A stretch of 61,951 nucleotides of DNA, counting the filler, from Barthelona sp. PAP020 (lineage: Eukaryota), in NCBI GenBank assembly GCA_040182905.1. It is 4 parts of 4 records of this genome, joined end to end, with 100 filler letters (N's around TTAATTAATTAA, not from the genome) between each part and the next. Parts side by side here need not be neighbours in the genome. Positions count along the whole stretch, not along the records: positions 46,678 to 61,951 come from JARQWU010000283.1; 3 more parts are not named here. The stretch is one strand, 5' to 3'. The notes beneath the pieces were generated by a model. It did not search any database and was not told where the DNA came from. It was given only the letters and a program-made list of their open reading frames with translations. Positions 52,497 through 61,951 of the stretch are shown piece by piece; position 1 is the first letter of the stretch; each line of letters starts with the position of its first letter. Made by a program: the position numbers and the translations under genes.

Positions 52497-55160
52497 ATGA
52501 TGAAATTTTTCAGTATCCAATTAATTTTGTTGTTGATTGGCTTTTGTTTTTGTCATTACAATTTAATTGAACAGGAAGGTGAAGGTTGTTCTTTTTTTGG
52601 TCAATTAGGATTAATCAATCTTGATGACACTGCATTTGGTGAACCTTTATTCAATGATGTAACTGTTAGTATTAGTTGTTATTCAAATGATATGATATTT
52701 GTCAATATTCAATCCAATCAAAGTACCCGAGCTCATTCATTTTTTGATTATGGTGAAAACAAGAATTTAACAGATAAATTTAAGTTTGAAATTCAATCTT
52801 ATCCATTTACTTTGAAAATTGTCAGAAAATTAGACAATTTTGTGCTTTTTGATTCAACGAGAAATGATTATTTGGTTTTAACTGAACATTACGTTTCCAT
52901 ACGTTTGGAAATGGGAACTAATTCACATTATTATGGTTTTGGAGAACGTAATGGAGACTTTAAATTGAAGAATGATCAAAGATATATTTTATATGCAAAG
53001 GATAATGGCGGATGTCCAGTTGGAATGCCTTGCTATGCATCACATCCTTTTGGTTTACGCTCAACTATTATTAATGGTGTTCCCAAATATTCAGGAATTT
53101 TCTGGCACAACACTCACATGCTTAGAGTCACTCCTCATGATGATAACATTCATTTTGATGGTACTGGTGGTACATTGAACTTTGCCATTTATGGAGGCCA
53201 AAACCCTTTGGAGATTCTTAAAGATCAACGTGTTAATTTTGGCTTACCAATTCAAGTTCCTGATTGGGCATTAGGATGGCAACAATGCAGATGGGGATTT
53301 CATGATTTGAATGAAGTTAAGGACGTTGTGAAAAATTATACGTTGTATGGTATTCCCCTCGAAATTATTTACATGGACATCGATTACATGGATGGTTATC
53401 GAGATTTTACAAGTGATCCTGTCCGCTTTCCTACTGCCGAAATCAAGGAGTTTTCAGATAGCTTACATAATAATGGACAACGTCTTGCAATGATCATTGA
53501 TCCAGGTATTAAATATGAATCGGGATATGAACCTTATGATAGACTTTTAAAAACAGGAGCATTCATTCGTAGACCAAATGGTTCTCCAGTTATTAATAGT
53601 GTTTGGCCTGGGTCTTGCATTTTCCCTGATTTTTCAGATGAACGTTCTCATGATTGGTGGGCCATTGAGTTAGAAGAATGGTGGAAAAAAACTGGTTTTG
53701 ATTTGTGTTGGATTGACATGAACGAACCTGCTGCTTTTGACAAACCTAAATTTGAGTTATTCAATGGTGAAATATTAGATAAGGAAGAAATGTTAGCAAG
53801 AAGAGCTCAACGTCAAAAATTACGTAAAGATCGCAATTCAGGTAGAGGTATGCGCAGACAATCTGATGACTCTTTTGATAAAAAAGTTAGTGTTCAACGT
53901 AAAAATTTGCGTCGTAGCATTTTTGGTGATTTTGATCCTAATAACCCTCCTTTTAATCCTGGTAATTTTCCTTTGAATCAACATTCTCTTGATGCTCGTT
54001 CCCAAACTTATTATGGTAGTATGTATTCTGAACATAATCTTTATGGTTATTGGGAAAGTATTGCAACTCGTAAGGCTTTTGATAAATTTAGACCCAATGA
54101 AAGAGTTCCAGTTGTTTCAAGATCTACTTTTCCAGGATCTGGTAAATATGTCAGTTCTTGGCTTGGTGATGATGCTTCTACTTGGTTAGAACTTCAACTC
54201 TCCATTCCTAATCTCATTCAAATGAACGTTCAAGGTATTATGCTTATTGGACCTGATATTGGAGGATTCCTTGGTGGTGATTTATCAGATAATTTTGAAC
54301 TTGTTGCCAGATGGATAGAAGCCTTTTCATTGGCCCCTTTCGCACGTATGCACACTGCAAACAGTAGACCTGCACAATACCCTTGGACTTGGAACAAATT
54401 AATTCCTATTGCCAAAAAGTATATTAACAACAGATACACTCATATGCCTTATTTATATAAAACAATGTTACTGTCACAACAACAAGGTATTCCTTTCTGG
54501 CAACCCTTATGGATGGGGTATCCTAATGATAAAAATATGGTTGTTGCTCCTGATACCCAATTCCTTGTTGGTAAAGATATCTTACAAGTACCTGTCATCA
54601 CACCTGAAACCGATCATGTTATTGTTAATTTTCCATCCAGTTCTTTGTCTCATTGTGATGCTTGGTACCATTATGATCAACTTGGAACTGATCTTTGGTA
54701 TGTTCCTGGACAACCAACCAAAATTATGACACCACTTGATGCTACCAATATTTTTTATCGTGGTGGATCAATGATGTTAACTACCATCGCACCTCAAAAC
54801 ACTGTTTCCAAGGCCAGAAGAGCTGATATGGTATTGAATGTGTTTTTAGACCGTTGTGGAAATGCTGATGGTACCTCTTTAATGGATGATGGATTAACGT
54901 ATGATAGCAAACAATATCGTGCCAGATTATATGCTTCTGCAATGAAAAAAGTTCTCACTCTGTCTCCCGAAGTAGTTGATTGGAAGGAAGCTCAAAATAT
55001 TAAGGTAACTAAAATCAGGGTTATCGGTTTGATGGGAAGCAATCCTCAATTCAGAATTGGCACAAAACCTGTGAAATTTAACAAAATTGGAAACAGTTCT
55101 ATGAATTATGAAGTTAGTGTTACTTTCACATTGGATAAGGGTATTGTAATTGCTTGGTAA
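52497..55160 (+). CDS. Glycoside hydrolase family 31 alpha-glucosidase (secreted/lysosomal)
   Basis: Signal peptide; YGFGER, WALGWQQCRWG, DIDYMD, IIDPGI, WIDMNEP (nucleophile), WLGDD, GPDIGGF. Confidence 0.95.
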   Translation: MMKFFSIQLILLLIGFCFCHYNLIEQEGEGCSFFGQLGLINLDDTAFGEPLFNDVTVSISCYSNDMIFVNIQSNQSTRAHSFFDYGENKNLTDKFKFEIQSYPFTLKIVRKLDNFVLFDSTRNDYLVLTEHYVSIRLEMGTNSHYYGFGERNGDFKLKNDQRYILYAKDNGGCPVGMPCYASHPFGLRSTIINGVPKYSGIFWHNTHMLRVTPHDDNIHFDGTGGTLNFAIYGGQNPLEILKDQRVNFGLPIQVPDWALGWQQCRWGFHDLNEVKDVVKNYTLYGIPLEIIYMDIDYMDGYRDFTSDPVRFPTAEIKEFSDSLHNNGQRLAMIIDPGIKYESGYEPYDRLLKTGAFIRRPNGSPVINSVWPGSCIFPDFSDERSHDWWAIELEEWWKKTGFDLCWIDMNEPAAFDKPKFELFNGEILDKEEMLARRAQRQKLRKDRNSGRGMRRQSDDSFDKKVSVQRKNLRRSIFGDFDPNNPPFNPGNFPLNQHSLDARSQTYYGSMYSEHNLYGYWESIATRKAFDKFRPNERVPVVSRSTFPGSGKYVSSWLGDDASTWLELQLSIPNLIQMNVQGIMLIGPDIGGFLGGDLSDNFELVARWIEAFSLAPFARMHTANSRPAQYPWTWNKLIPIAKKYINNRYTHMPYLYKTMLLSQQQGIPFWQPLWMGYPNDKNMVVAPDTQFLVGKDILQVPVITPETDHVIVNFPSSSLSHCDAWYHYDQLGTDLWYVPGQPTKIMTPLDATNIFYRGGSMMLTTIAPQNTVSKARRADMVLNVFLDRCGNADGTSLMDDGLTYDSKQYRARLYASAMKKVLTLSPEVVDWKEAQNIKVTKIRVIGLMGSNPQFRIGTKPVKFNKIGNSSMNYEVSVTFTLDKGIVIAW

Positions 55161-55371
55161 AATTTTATACATGTTTTTTGTTTTATCAAATTCTTGATAG
55201 ACTTTCAGACAATTCAGATGATTTGAACTGATGTTTCTGGAAAAAGAAAAGGAAGGAAGCAAAAAAGGAGACAACTTCTCTCAAATTTGAAAACTTTTAA
55301 TGTTGAAGAAAATATGAACAAAAGAATTATACAATTAATGATTTACATGAAATGACTGTTAACTTAATCAA

Positions 55372-58300
55372 TCATTCAGGAATTTTAGGAAATGTCTGAT
55401 TTGGAGACAAAATTGAATTTGGTGACATAATTGGTAAAGAGTTTTTCCTTTTTCGATTAGATTTTGAAGAATATGATCTGGTAGAATCATTTAAACTGCG
55501 AACTTTATGAGAATTAACAGAATTGACATTCCGAGAAAATTGTCCACTACTTTGAACTGATTTGGCAGATTGAACTGATCTACTTGAAAAATTAGAAAAC
55601 GTTGATTTGGGACTAGAATTGATATGAAGTCGAGTGGATGGAGTGGCAGACAAAGGAGTTGTAACTTTTATTTGATCTTTTTGTTGTAATTCCAGCATTT
55701 TCTCCTGTTCAGCAAAATATGAATCAAACATTTCCAAAATTTCATCATTATTCATCATATTTCCAAGATCTACAGCAGAAAATCCATCACTCGCTTCTAT
55801 TTGAGGATCAGCTCCATGTTTTAAAAGTTGTTTACAGATTGGAACATATTGTTTAAAAACAGCACAATACAATGGAGAAAAGTCACCTTCTTTACACAAA
55901 TCAACATCAGCTCCATGAGTTATCAACAAATCAACCATTAATTTGTCATTGTTGGCCACAGCAAGATATAGAGGGCTTATATCCTTATCTGATGTCAAAT
56001 TAACATCAGCTCCATGTTTAACCAAAAATGTTGCAATTTGACGATAACCATGAGAAACAGCAACAAACAATGGAGTAAAACCACCTAGTTTTTGATGGTT
56101 AACATTTGCTCCCGCATCAACCAACAATTTAGCAATTTCAAAATGACCTTGCTGACACGCCACATACAAACATGAACTCTTATCTTTCGTCAATCCATTA
56201 ACTGGAATATTGTGTTCCAATAGCAATTTAACTATCTCCAAATGACCATTGGAACAAGCCACATATAAGACAGAAAAGTTATAATCCGTTTGTTGATGAA
56301 TGTCTGCATTATTTTTTATTAAGAGCCGAACCATATCCAAATGACCATTGCTACAGGCAGTATATAAAGGAAACACACCGTTTTCAAACTTTTGATCAAT
56401 ATTTGCGCCATTTTTAATCAATAAGTCTGCTACAGCTGGATGACCATTCTTTACAGCAGCGAGTAAAGGTGTTTGGACTCCTAAATTAATTTCCGCACCA
56501 TTGTCAATCAATATTCGCGATAATTTGGATTTTCCTTGTTCTGCGGTGACATACAATGAAGTAATATTGTCTGAATTCAATGTATTCAATTCAACACCAT
56601 GTTTAATTAACAATTCCACAATTTCAAAATGATTATTCTGTGAAGCTATGTACAAAGCTGTGGTATTGTCATTATACATCTTTAAATTGATTGATGCATT
56701 GTGTTTCAACAAATTTTCAACAATTTGAAAGGTACCATTCATACAGCTCACCATTAAAGGTGTAGCACCATCTTTTGTTTGCACATCAACTTTGATATCA
56801 TCAACTTTGGTTAACAACAAATCAACCAATGTTTCTTTTTGTTCTTGACAAGCCAAATATAATGGAGATATACCATTTTCATCAGGAAAATTACAATCAG
56901 CCCCTTTTAAGATGAGAAACTCACAAATATCTGAATGATTTCGATCAATTGCTATAGCTAAAGGGGTTGTGCCATCCAATAATGTTTGATTAATATCAAC
57001 TTGAAGAGAAATTAAAATTTCAACAACTTCTTTTCTGCCCAACCAACAGGCCAATGTCAAAGGTGTCCACCCTTCATTATTTCTTTGGTGCAAATCTACA
57101 TCAAGATATGAACATAATTTGATAAGGTTTATGCCATTATCATCTCCCTTAGCAATAATGTTAAAAATGTCTAATGCTTCCTTGTCAAAAATCAATTGCC
57201 CTGATCTGTTCAGCCTTAATTCCAAATTTTCCTCCATTAATTTTACTAACTTGCCAAGATAAAAAGCGATTTCACTCAATAATGGACGTTCCAGTGGATT
57301 TGATGATAAACAATTTTTCATAAATTCAAACCCGACAATTTTTGCCAGTTTTTGAATCTCAAACGGAGAATTTCCTTGTTTAACATGTTCCAAAAGATCT
57401 TCTTCACTATTCAATGAATCATACGGCTTGATATCACCTAAGATCTCAAAAAATATCAAACCAAACGACCAACTATCAATTCCACAATTAAATGGTTTAG
57501 TTGTACGTGAATCTGTTAATATTGTATCAAACATCTCAGGCGGAAGATATTTATTAATTTTATAATCTCCCGTGAATAATCTCCATCCAGATATGACAGG
57601 AAAGATTCTTTTTGAATTAATTAACAAAAGAATATTGTTTGGGGTCAAATTACGATGTAATAATCCGTTTTCATGACAAAAAAGTAATGTTTTAGCACAC
57701 TGACTCAAAATAACAATGTTCTCATACATGGAAAAATTCTTATATTGACTTAAAAGATTATCTTGACAATATTCATTTACCAAACAATAATTTCCTTGTT
57801 CATTCTGTGTAAATCCATAGATACAAGGTAATCCTGCATTAGAAAAAGTGGCCATAAACCCAAAGTTTCGAACAAACACTTCAAATGGCATATTAGGATA
57901 CACTTTTAGCCAAATTTGTTTATCACCATAAAAACCTTGCTTTCGAAAGCCCAATATACCTTTAGAATCTGATTTTAATTGTTTGCCAGTATTTACAGAA
58001 TTAAAACTAAGCAAACTGAAATCAATGTTCTTCATCGATACACCAGGTAAATTCTTTTCAAAAGAATTAATAGTGTAAGATAAACGGTTAAAAGCATCTT
58101 TGTGAACACTCAAACGTTTCTCAAAAACAGTTTCAAATTGTTTCTTTTGCTGATTATATTTCTGAATATTTTGCGCAAAATTTTGAAACAATTGTTGAAT
58201 TTTTAATGTATGATATGAAGTAACATAATATTCTTTGTTGTTTAATTTAACGCTATGTTTAAATTTTTTTAACATACCTTCTAACTCTTCTTGAAAATGT

Positions 58301-58779
58301 AATAAAGATTCAAGCACATCTGTTTGATAAATAGATATGAAAATATGAACTTCAGAAATAATTTTCAAAATTTTACGAAAATTTCTACAAATATTTTGCA
58401 AAAAAATGATATTTGTATTAAAATTAAGAAGTTTTGATAGTTTTACACTAATCAATTCAAAATTTTGTGAATCTGTATTATTAAATGCCGTTATTGAATC
58501 TTCAATTTGTTCATTACATTGTTGATTCAATAATTGAATTAAATAAAGTATTTCCGAATAAATTGTACAAATTTCTTGTTTAATAATTTTTGTCTTAGTT
58601 AAATGTCTAAGAAATCTTCTGTTTATACTGTTCAATATGTCAATAATAGGTATATCAATAAATTTTAAAAAAGGAAAAACAGTTTCATAATCAATATTAA
58701 TTATACATTGAAAAAAGTCTTCAACATTTAAAAAAACAATTTTAATAAAGTTAACTTCAGTTGAAACAATTGGTGTCAT
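55372..58779 (-). CDS. N-terminal helical domain - pseudokinase - ankyrin repeats (~14) - Ser-rich tail
   Basis: Kinase fold with IWLK, HRN (no catalytic Asp), SGW in place of DFG, YLPPE, DSWSFG; long ankyrin array. Confidence 0.9.
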   Translation of the reverse strand: MTPIVSTEVNFIKIVFLNVEDFFQCIINIDYETVFPFLKFIDIPIIDILNSINRRFLRHLTKTKIIKQEICTIYSEILYLIQLLNQQCNEQIEDSITAFNNTDSQNFELISVKLSKLLNFNTNIIFLQNICRNFRKILKIISEVHIFISIYQTDVLESLLHFQEELEGMLKKFKHSVKLNNKEYYVTSYHTLKIQQLFQNFAQNIQKYNQQKKQFETVFEKRLSVHKDAFNRLSYTINSFEKNLPGVSMKNIDFSLLSFNSVNTGKQLKSDSKGILGFRKQGFYGDKQIWLKVYPNMPFEVFVRNFGFMATFSNAGLPCIYGFTQNEQGNYCLVNEYCQDNLLSQYKNFSMYENIVILSQCAKTLLFCHENGLLHRNLTPNNILLLINSKRIFPVISGWRLFTGDYKINKYLPPEMFDTILTDSRTTKPFNCGIDSWSFGLIFFEILGDIKPYDSLNSEEDLLEHVKQGNSPFEIQKLAKIVGFEFMKNCLSSNPLERPLLSEIAFYLGKLVKLMEENLELRLNRSGQLIFDKEALDIFNIIAKGDDNGINLIKLCSYLDVDLHQRNNEGWTPLTLACWLGRKEVVEILISLQVDINQTLLDGTTPLAIAIDRNHSDICEFLILKGADCNFPDENGISPLYLACQEQKETLVDLLLTKVDDIKVDVQTKDGATPLMVSCMNGTFQIVENLLKHNASINLKMYNDNTTALYIASQNNHFEIVELLIKHGVELNTLNSDNITSLYVTAEQGKSKLSRILIDNGAEINLGVQTPLLAAVKNGHPAVADLLIKNGANIDQKFENGVFPLYTACSNGHLDMVRLLIKNNADIHQQTDYNFSVLYVACSNGHLEIVKLLLEHNIPVNGLTKDKSSCLYVACQQGHFEIAKLLVDAGANVNHQKLGGFTPLFVAVSHGYRQIATFLVKHGADVNLTSDKDISPLYLAVANNDKLMVDLLITHGADVDLCKEGDFSPLYCAVFKQYVPICKQLLKHGADPQIEASDGFSAVDLGNMMNNDEILEMFDSYFAEQEKMLELQQKDQIKVTTPLSATPSTRLHINSSPKSTFSNFSSRSVQSAKSVQSSGQFSRNVNSVNSHKVRSLNDSTRSYSSKSNRKRKNSLPIMSPNSILSPNQTFPKIPE

Positions 58780-58863
58780 TGATTAAATGTATATCCACAC
58801 CATATTAACATAAAAACAAAAAATTATTAATTTTTTATAATATCTTTTTTTTTAAAGAATCTC

Positions 58864-60966
58864 CTATAGATTCAATAAAAATAATTTTTGAAATTCTTCC
58901 CAGGCGATTTCCCCTTTATTTTTCAATTCTTTTTCCAAATCTTTTAATTCTGAAAGTTCTTTTTCAATTTTTTCTACTTTTGAAGCTCTCCAATTTTGAT
59001 GATCAATACAATCTGGAGAAGCAACACAATAATGTCCCAATTTCAAGTTTACTGGACACCCACAAACCGAATGATCGTTTCCAGGGCCATTTTTAATCCA
59101 ATTTGCTAAATTGTCTCTGTAATCTTTAAGATCTTTGATTTGTTTTTTTTGAAATGTATAAGTGGCTTCCAGATCTTCACACTGTTTTAGTAAAGAATTC
59201 ATCTCATTGATAACAGCTGAATGTTGATCTAAAAATGGTTTGTTTGTTTTTATTTCATTCAAAATAATATTTTCCTCTTTAAATTCAGGGGAATTTTCAT
59301 TCTTTTCAATGATAGAAGACTCCATTTGCATAACTTTATCATCAACAAGCATTTCATCTTCAACAACTTGAGCTTCCTTAATTAAATCATCATTTTGTGT
59401 TTTGACATCTTCCTTGGTTACTCCAGTATCCATTGTCACTTCCTCAAATGTAGTTGTAACTGTTTCTTGCACATTTTCTTCATTTTTGTCTGTTAAATCA
59501 ATTTTCTGTTCAGTTTTTACAGTATTACTAGAATTAATTGATGATATAACATGAATATCAATCTGTTTTGTATCTTCTAAAGCACTACTATCTTCAATAT
59601 CAGCAACTTCTTCATTAACTACTGAAGAATCATGCATATCAACAATTGTCTTTGTTTCTTCAGCATTTTCAACCGAGAATTCAATCAATTCTTTGGAAGA
59701 ATCATTTTTCTCACACTCATTAACATTATCTTCATTGACTTCAACATGATTTCCCAAAGAATTGACAGATTTTTCATCAGTAAAACTGGTTATTTCTTTT
59801 GTTTGTGTATTTTCAACTTCAACTGTCGTTGGTGTTTGGTTTTCAATTGCATCCATCTTATCAAAGGACTCAGACGTATCAACACAACCAACTGTTGTGT
59901 TTTCAGTCAAAGGATTTTCCTCAACTTTAACTGTATCAGAATCAGAAACATGATTTTCATCACCCAAACTTTGATCTTTCACAACAATAGGATGTTTACT
60001 GACATTTACAAAGGATTCAAGTTGACTCTTAAACATGTTATTGGGACTCTCACCAATTTCTTCTCTATTTTCATTTTCACTATGAATCATACTTTCAGAA
60101 TGGACAACTTCCATTTTAGAAGGATTTGGAGAATTGTGTTCATTTAATACTGGATTTAACAGAGAATTAATGGCAATATTTTCAATTTCCATTGATTTGC
60201 TTGATTCAATATCTGGACTGATCTCTATAGGCTCACGCTTCATTTTTTGTTCTTCATTAATATTCATATTCAATGTATGCTCTCGTCTAATGGGGGTTTC
60301 AAGCAATGATTCTGATAATTGCTCATGAGCCAGTAAAGAAGACTCACTAAGTGGACTACTCATTGTTTCTGTTGAAATCATCACATTAGTTTGTCCGATA
60401 ACAGTTGGATAATTGTTGGGAGAGCCAGGGAAATAGGGTACAGCTGGAACAAAAGATTCACTAACTTCAACATCAGGTACAGGAGGCATTTCAGCATGAA
60501 AGGATTCCAAATTTCTCCATGAAGGGTCAATATGAGAGGGCTCTTCCAATGGAGGTCGGCTATTTCTCATTTCAGGTGTAATATAACCCCATAATATCAA
60601 AAGATCCTCCAAATCTTTTTTTGCACACGCTTCACAACAATAGTTGCTTTGATTTTTTGAATCATTATTGATAGGCCTATCACAAGGAGGATAAAGGCAA
60701 ATTTTTTCTAAAGTCTTAATCTTTGCCGTTCTTGCACGTATTTTTTGACGATTTAACAAATCAACATCTCCACTACATGATGCACAAATGTAATTTTCAA
60801 TTTCTTCTGCCTTTTTTTCAGTTAAACCAACACAATCAATATGATACCAACGTTTGCATTGCTCACATGATATCATGGTACGATTATAAGGTTGTCTACA
60901 AAAGCAATACAAAGCTTCTTCTTCTTCATTAATATTCTTCTTACGATTATTATTTCCGCCTTTCAT
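58864..60966 (-). CDS. COMPASS PHD-finger subunit Spp1/CFP1-like
   Basis: LYCFCRQP...MISCEQCKRWYHIDCVG PHD; CLYPPC...SNYCCEAC; C-terminal CGCP...C...CIDHQNWR; long acidic linker. Confidence 0.8.
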   Translation of the reverse strand: MKGGNNNRKKNINEEEEALYCFCRQPYNRTMISCEQCKRWYHIDCVGLTEKKAEEIENYICASCSGDVDLLNRQKIRARTAKIKTLEKICLYPPCDRPINNDSKNQSNYCCEACAKKDLEDLLILWGYITPEMRNSRPPLEEPSHIDPSWRNLESFHAEMPPVPDVEVSESFVPAVPYFPGSPNNYPTVIGQTNVMISTETMSSPLSESSLLAHEQLSESLLETPIRREHTLNMNINEEQKMKREPIEISPDIESSKSMEIENIAINSLLNPVLNEHNSPNPSKMEVVHSESMIHSENENREEIGESPNNMFKSQLESFVNVSKHPIVVKDQSLGDENHVSDSDTVKVEENPLTENTTVGCVDTSESFDKMDAIENQTPTTVEVENTQTKEITSFTDEKSVNSLGNHVEVNEDNVNECEKNDSSKELIEFSVENAEETKTIVDMHDSSVVNEEVADIEDSSALEDTKQIDIHVISSINSSNTVKTEQKIDLTDKNEENVQETVTTTFEEVTMDTGVTKEDVKTQNDDLIKEAQVVEDEMLVDDKVMQMESSIIEKNENSPEFKEENIILNEIKTNKPFLDQHSAVINEMNSLLKQCEDLEATYTFQKKQIKDLKDYRDNLANWIKNGPGNDHSVCGCPVNLKLGHYCVASPDCIDHQNWRASKVEKIEKELSELKDLEKELKNKGEIAWEEFQKLFLLNL

Positions 60967-61763
60967 TGAGAATGATATTTAATTATAAATACATAGGAAT
61001 GAATAAAAAAGAAAAGTGTGTTTGTTTGTTTTTTTTATTTTGCCATTTTTATTCATGGTTCATCGAATGATGATACATTTTGAGGCAGAATTATGTGATT
61101 GATTGAAAAAATGCCAACATGCTTTTCATTTGGTTTTGATTTTCACAATATTTTTTGCAAAGAATAAGGTTGAAATAATGTTTATGTTCTGGATAATGCT
61201 ATATACGCACAATATTTAAGAAAACTTCGTTTTCATATGAATTTTTATTCGATTTCAATTCTTTCTTTAGGGGAAGCAAAATATCATGTTTTCTTGAATA
61301 TTTTGTTAGTTGTTACTCAACAGAAAAGGTCACAATAATTTTTGGTGAATTTTCCAGTTTTCAATCCTCTCTTTTAGGGTGAATGGATTGTTGTTTAACA
61401 TAAATTATTTTCTTGTTGCTTTTTTGTTACCATTTACATTTGCCACATTATGTTGAACTGTTAAGTTGTTGAAAATGTCGAGATTGACAATTGAAAGAGA
61501 AAAATATAATTCAATATGACCAAAAAAGAAAATTGAAGGAATGAAACTGGTTGAATGATCAATTGATACCTTTTAGTTGAGTCTATGCTTTATGAGTAGA
61601 TTCCTTTTTTTTTTTACATTGAATATAAATTAATATTGTGGTTCCATTATGAAAACATATATTTTTGAAAAAAACTGAAGACAAAAAAAATTAATGGTGT
61701 GAGATTAGTAACAGTAAAGTACTTTTTTTATATTTTTTTTTAGAACACAAACACACAAACTCA

Positions 61764-61951
61764 ATGCGTTTTATTTCACGTATTCGTCATGAGCTTAAAG
61801 AACTTGAAACCGATCCACCTGCAAATATTTCTGCAGGACCTGTTGGAAATGATCTTTCACATTGGCAAGGCCACATTATAGGACCCGTATTTCAATTTAT
61901 TATTATATTATACTAATTTTTAGAGTGAGTCTCCTTATGAAGGTGGTGTTT
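61764..61951 (+). CDS. Ubiquitin-conjugating enzyme E2 (UBC4/UBE2D family), 5' part, with intron 61887-61923
   Basis: [45 protein letters not shown]; absent from the ORF track. Confidence 0.92.
61887..61923 (+). other. 37-nt spliceosomal intron
   Basis: GTATTT...ACTAATTTTTAG; removal restores the E2 frame. Confidence 0.9.

Noticed and set aside
1416..60932. Many 60-170 aa antisense or overlapping ORFs in the track
   Set aside because: Shadow frames of real genes, mostly TTG/GTG starts with S/F/I-rich composition.
61066..61200. ATGATGA C-box-like motif in the long intergenic region (another near 36233)
   Set aside because: No properly placed CTGA D box or convincing rRNA guide.
1..61951. 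tRNA, rRNA, CRISPR arrays, transposase or RT genes
   Set aside because: None recognised by eye; tRNAscan-SE and Rfam would be needed to exclude divergent RNAs.

Overview
AT-rich, gene-dense, intron-poor eukaryotic DNA, most likely from a flagellated protist. It carries SPAG8-like and MYCBP-like genes and 36-39 nt spliceosomal introns whose branch point lies close to the 3' AG. The taxon cannot be fixed from this window. The window is four pieces (1-15475, 15576-31042, 31143-46577, 46678-61951) joined by 100-nt N/TTAATTAATTAA/N linkers. Their lengths fall in descending order, so they are probably independent contigs and adjacency across linkers is meaningless. Most genes are housekeeping: Nup160, REEP, Maf1, GH65, Bfr2, Dbp7, PLPBP, PIMT, TatD, TRIC, Prp46, RPS18, an acyltransferase, GH31, Spp1/CFP1 and UBC4. 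The most interesting content is a set of repeat-scaffold genes that may form a recognition system. (i) An ~80-aa C-terminal domain I do not recognise (motif CWDLVDINExNGGNM) is fused to ankyrin repeats in one gene and to a WD40 propeller in another, with a third decayed copy. (ii) A tandemly duplicated kinase/coiled-coil/WD40 family differs mainly at predicted binding-face residues and alternates with a decayed companion gene. (iii) A helical-domain/pseudokinase/ankyrin protein has MLKL-like motif degeneracy. Also found outside the ORF track: a snR190/SNORD12-like C/D snoRNA directly downstream of DBP7, and an unexplained 37-nt dispersed non-coding element. All family calls are from motif recognition, with no database searches run.
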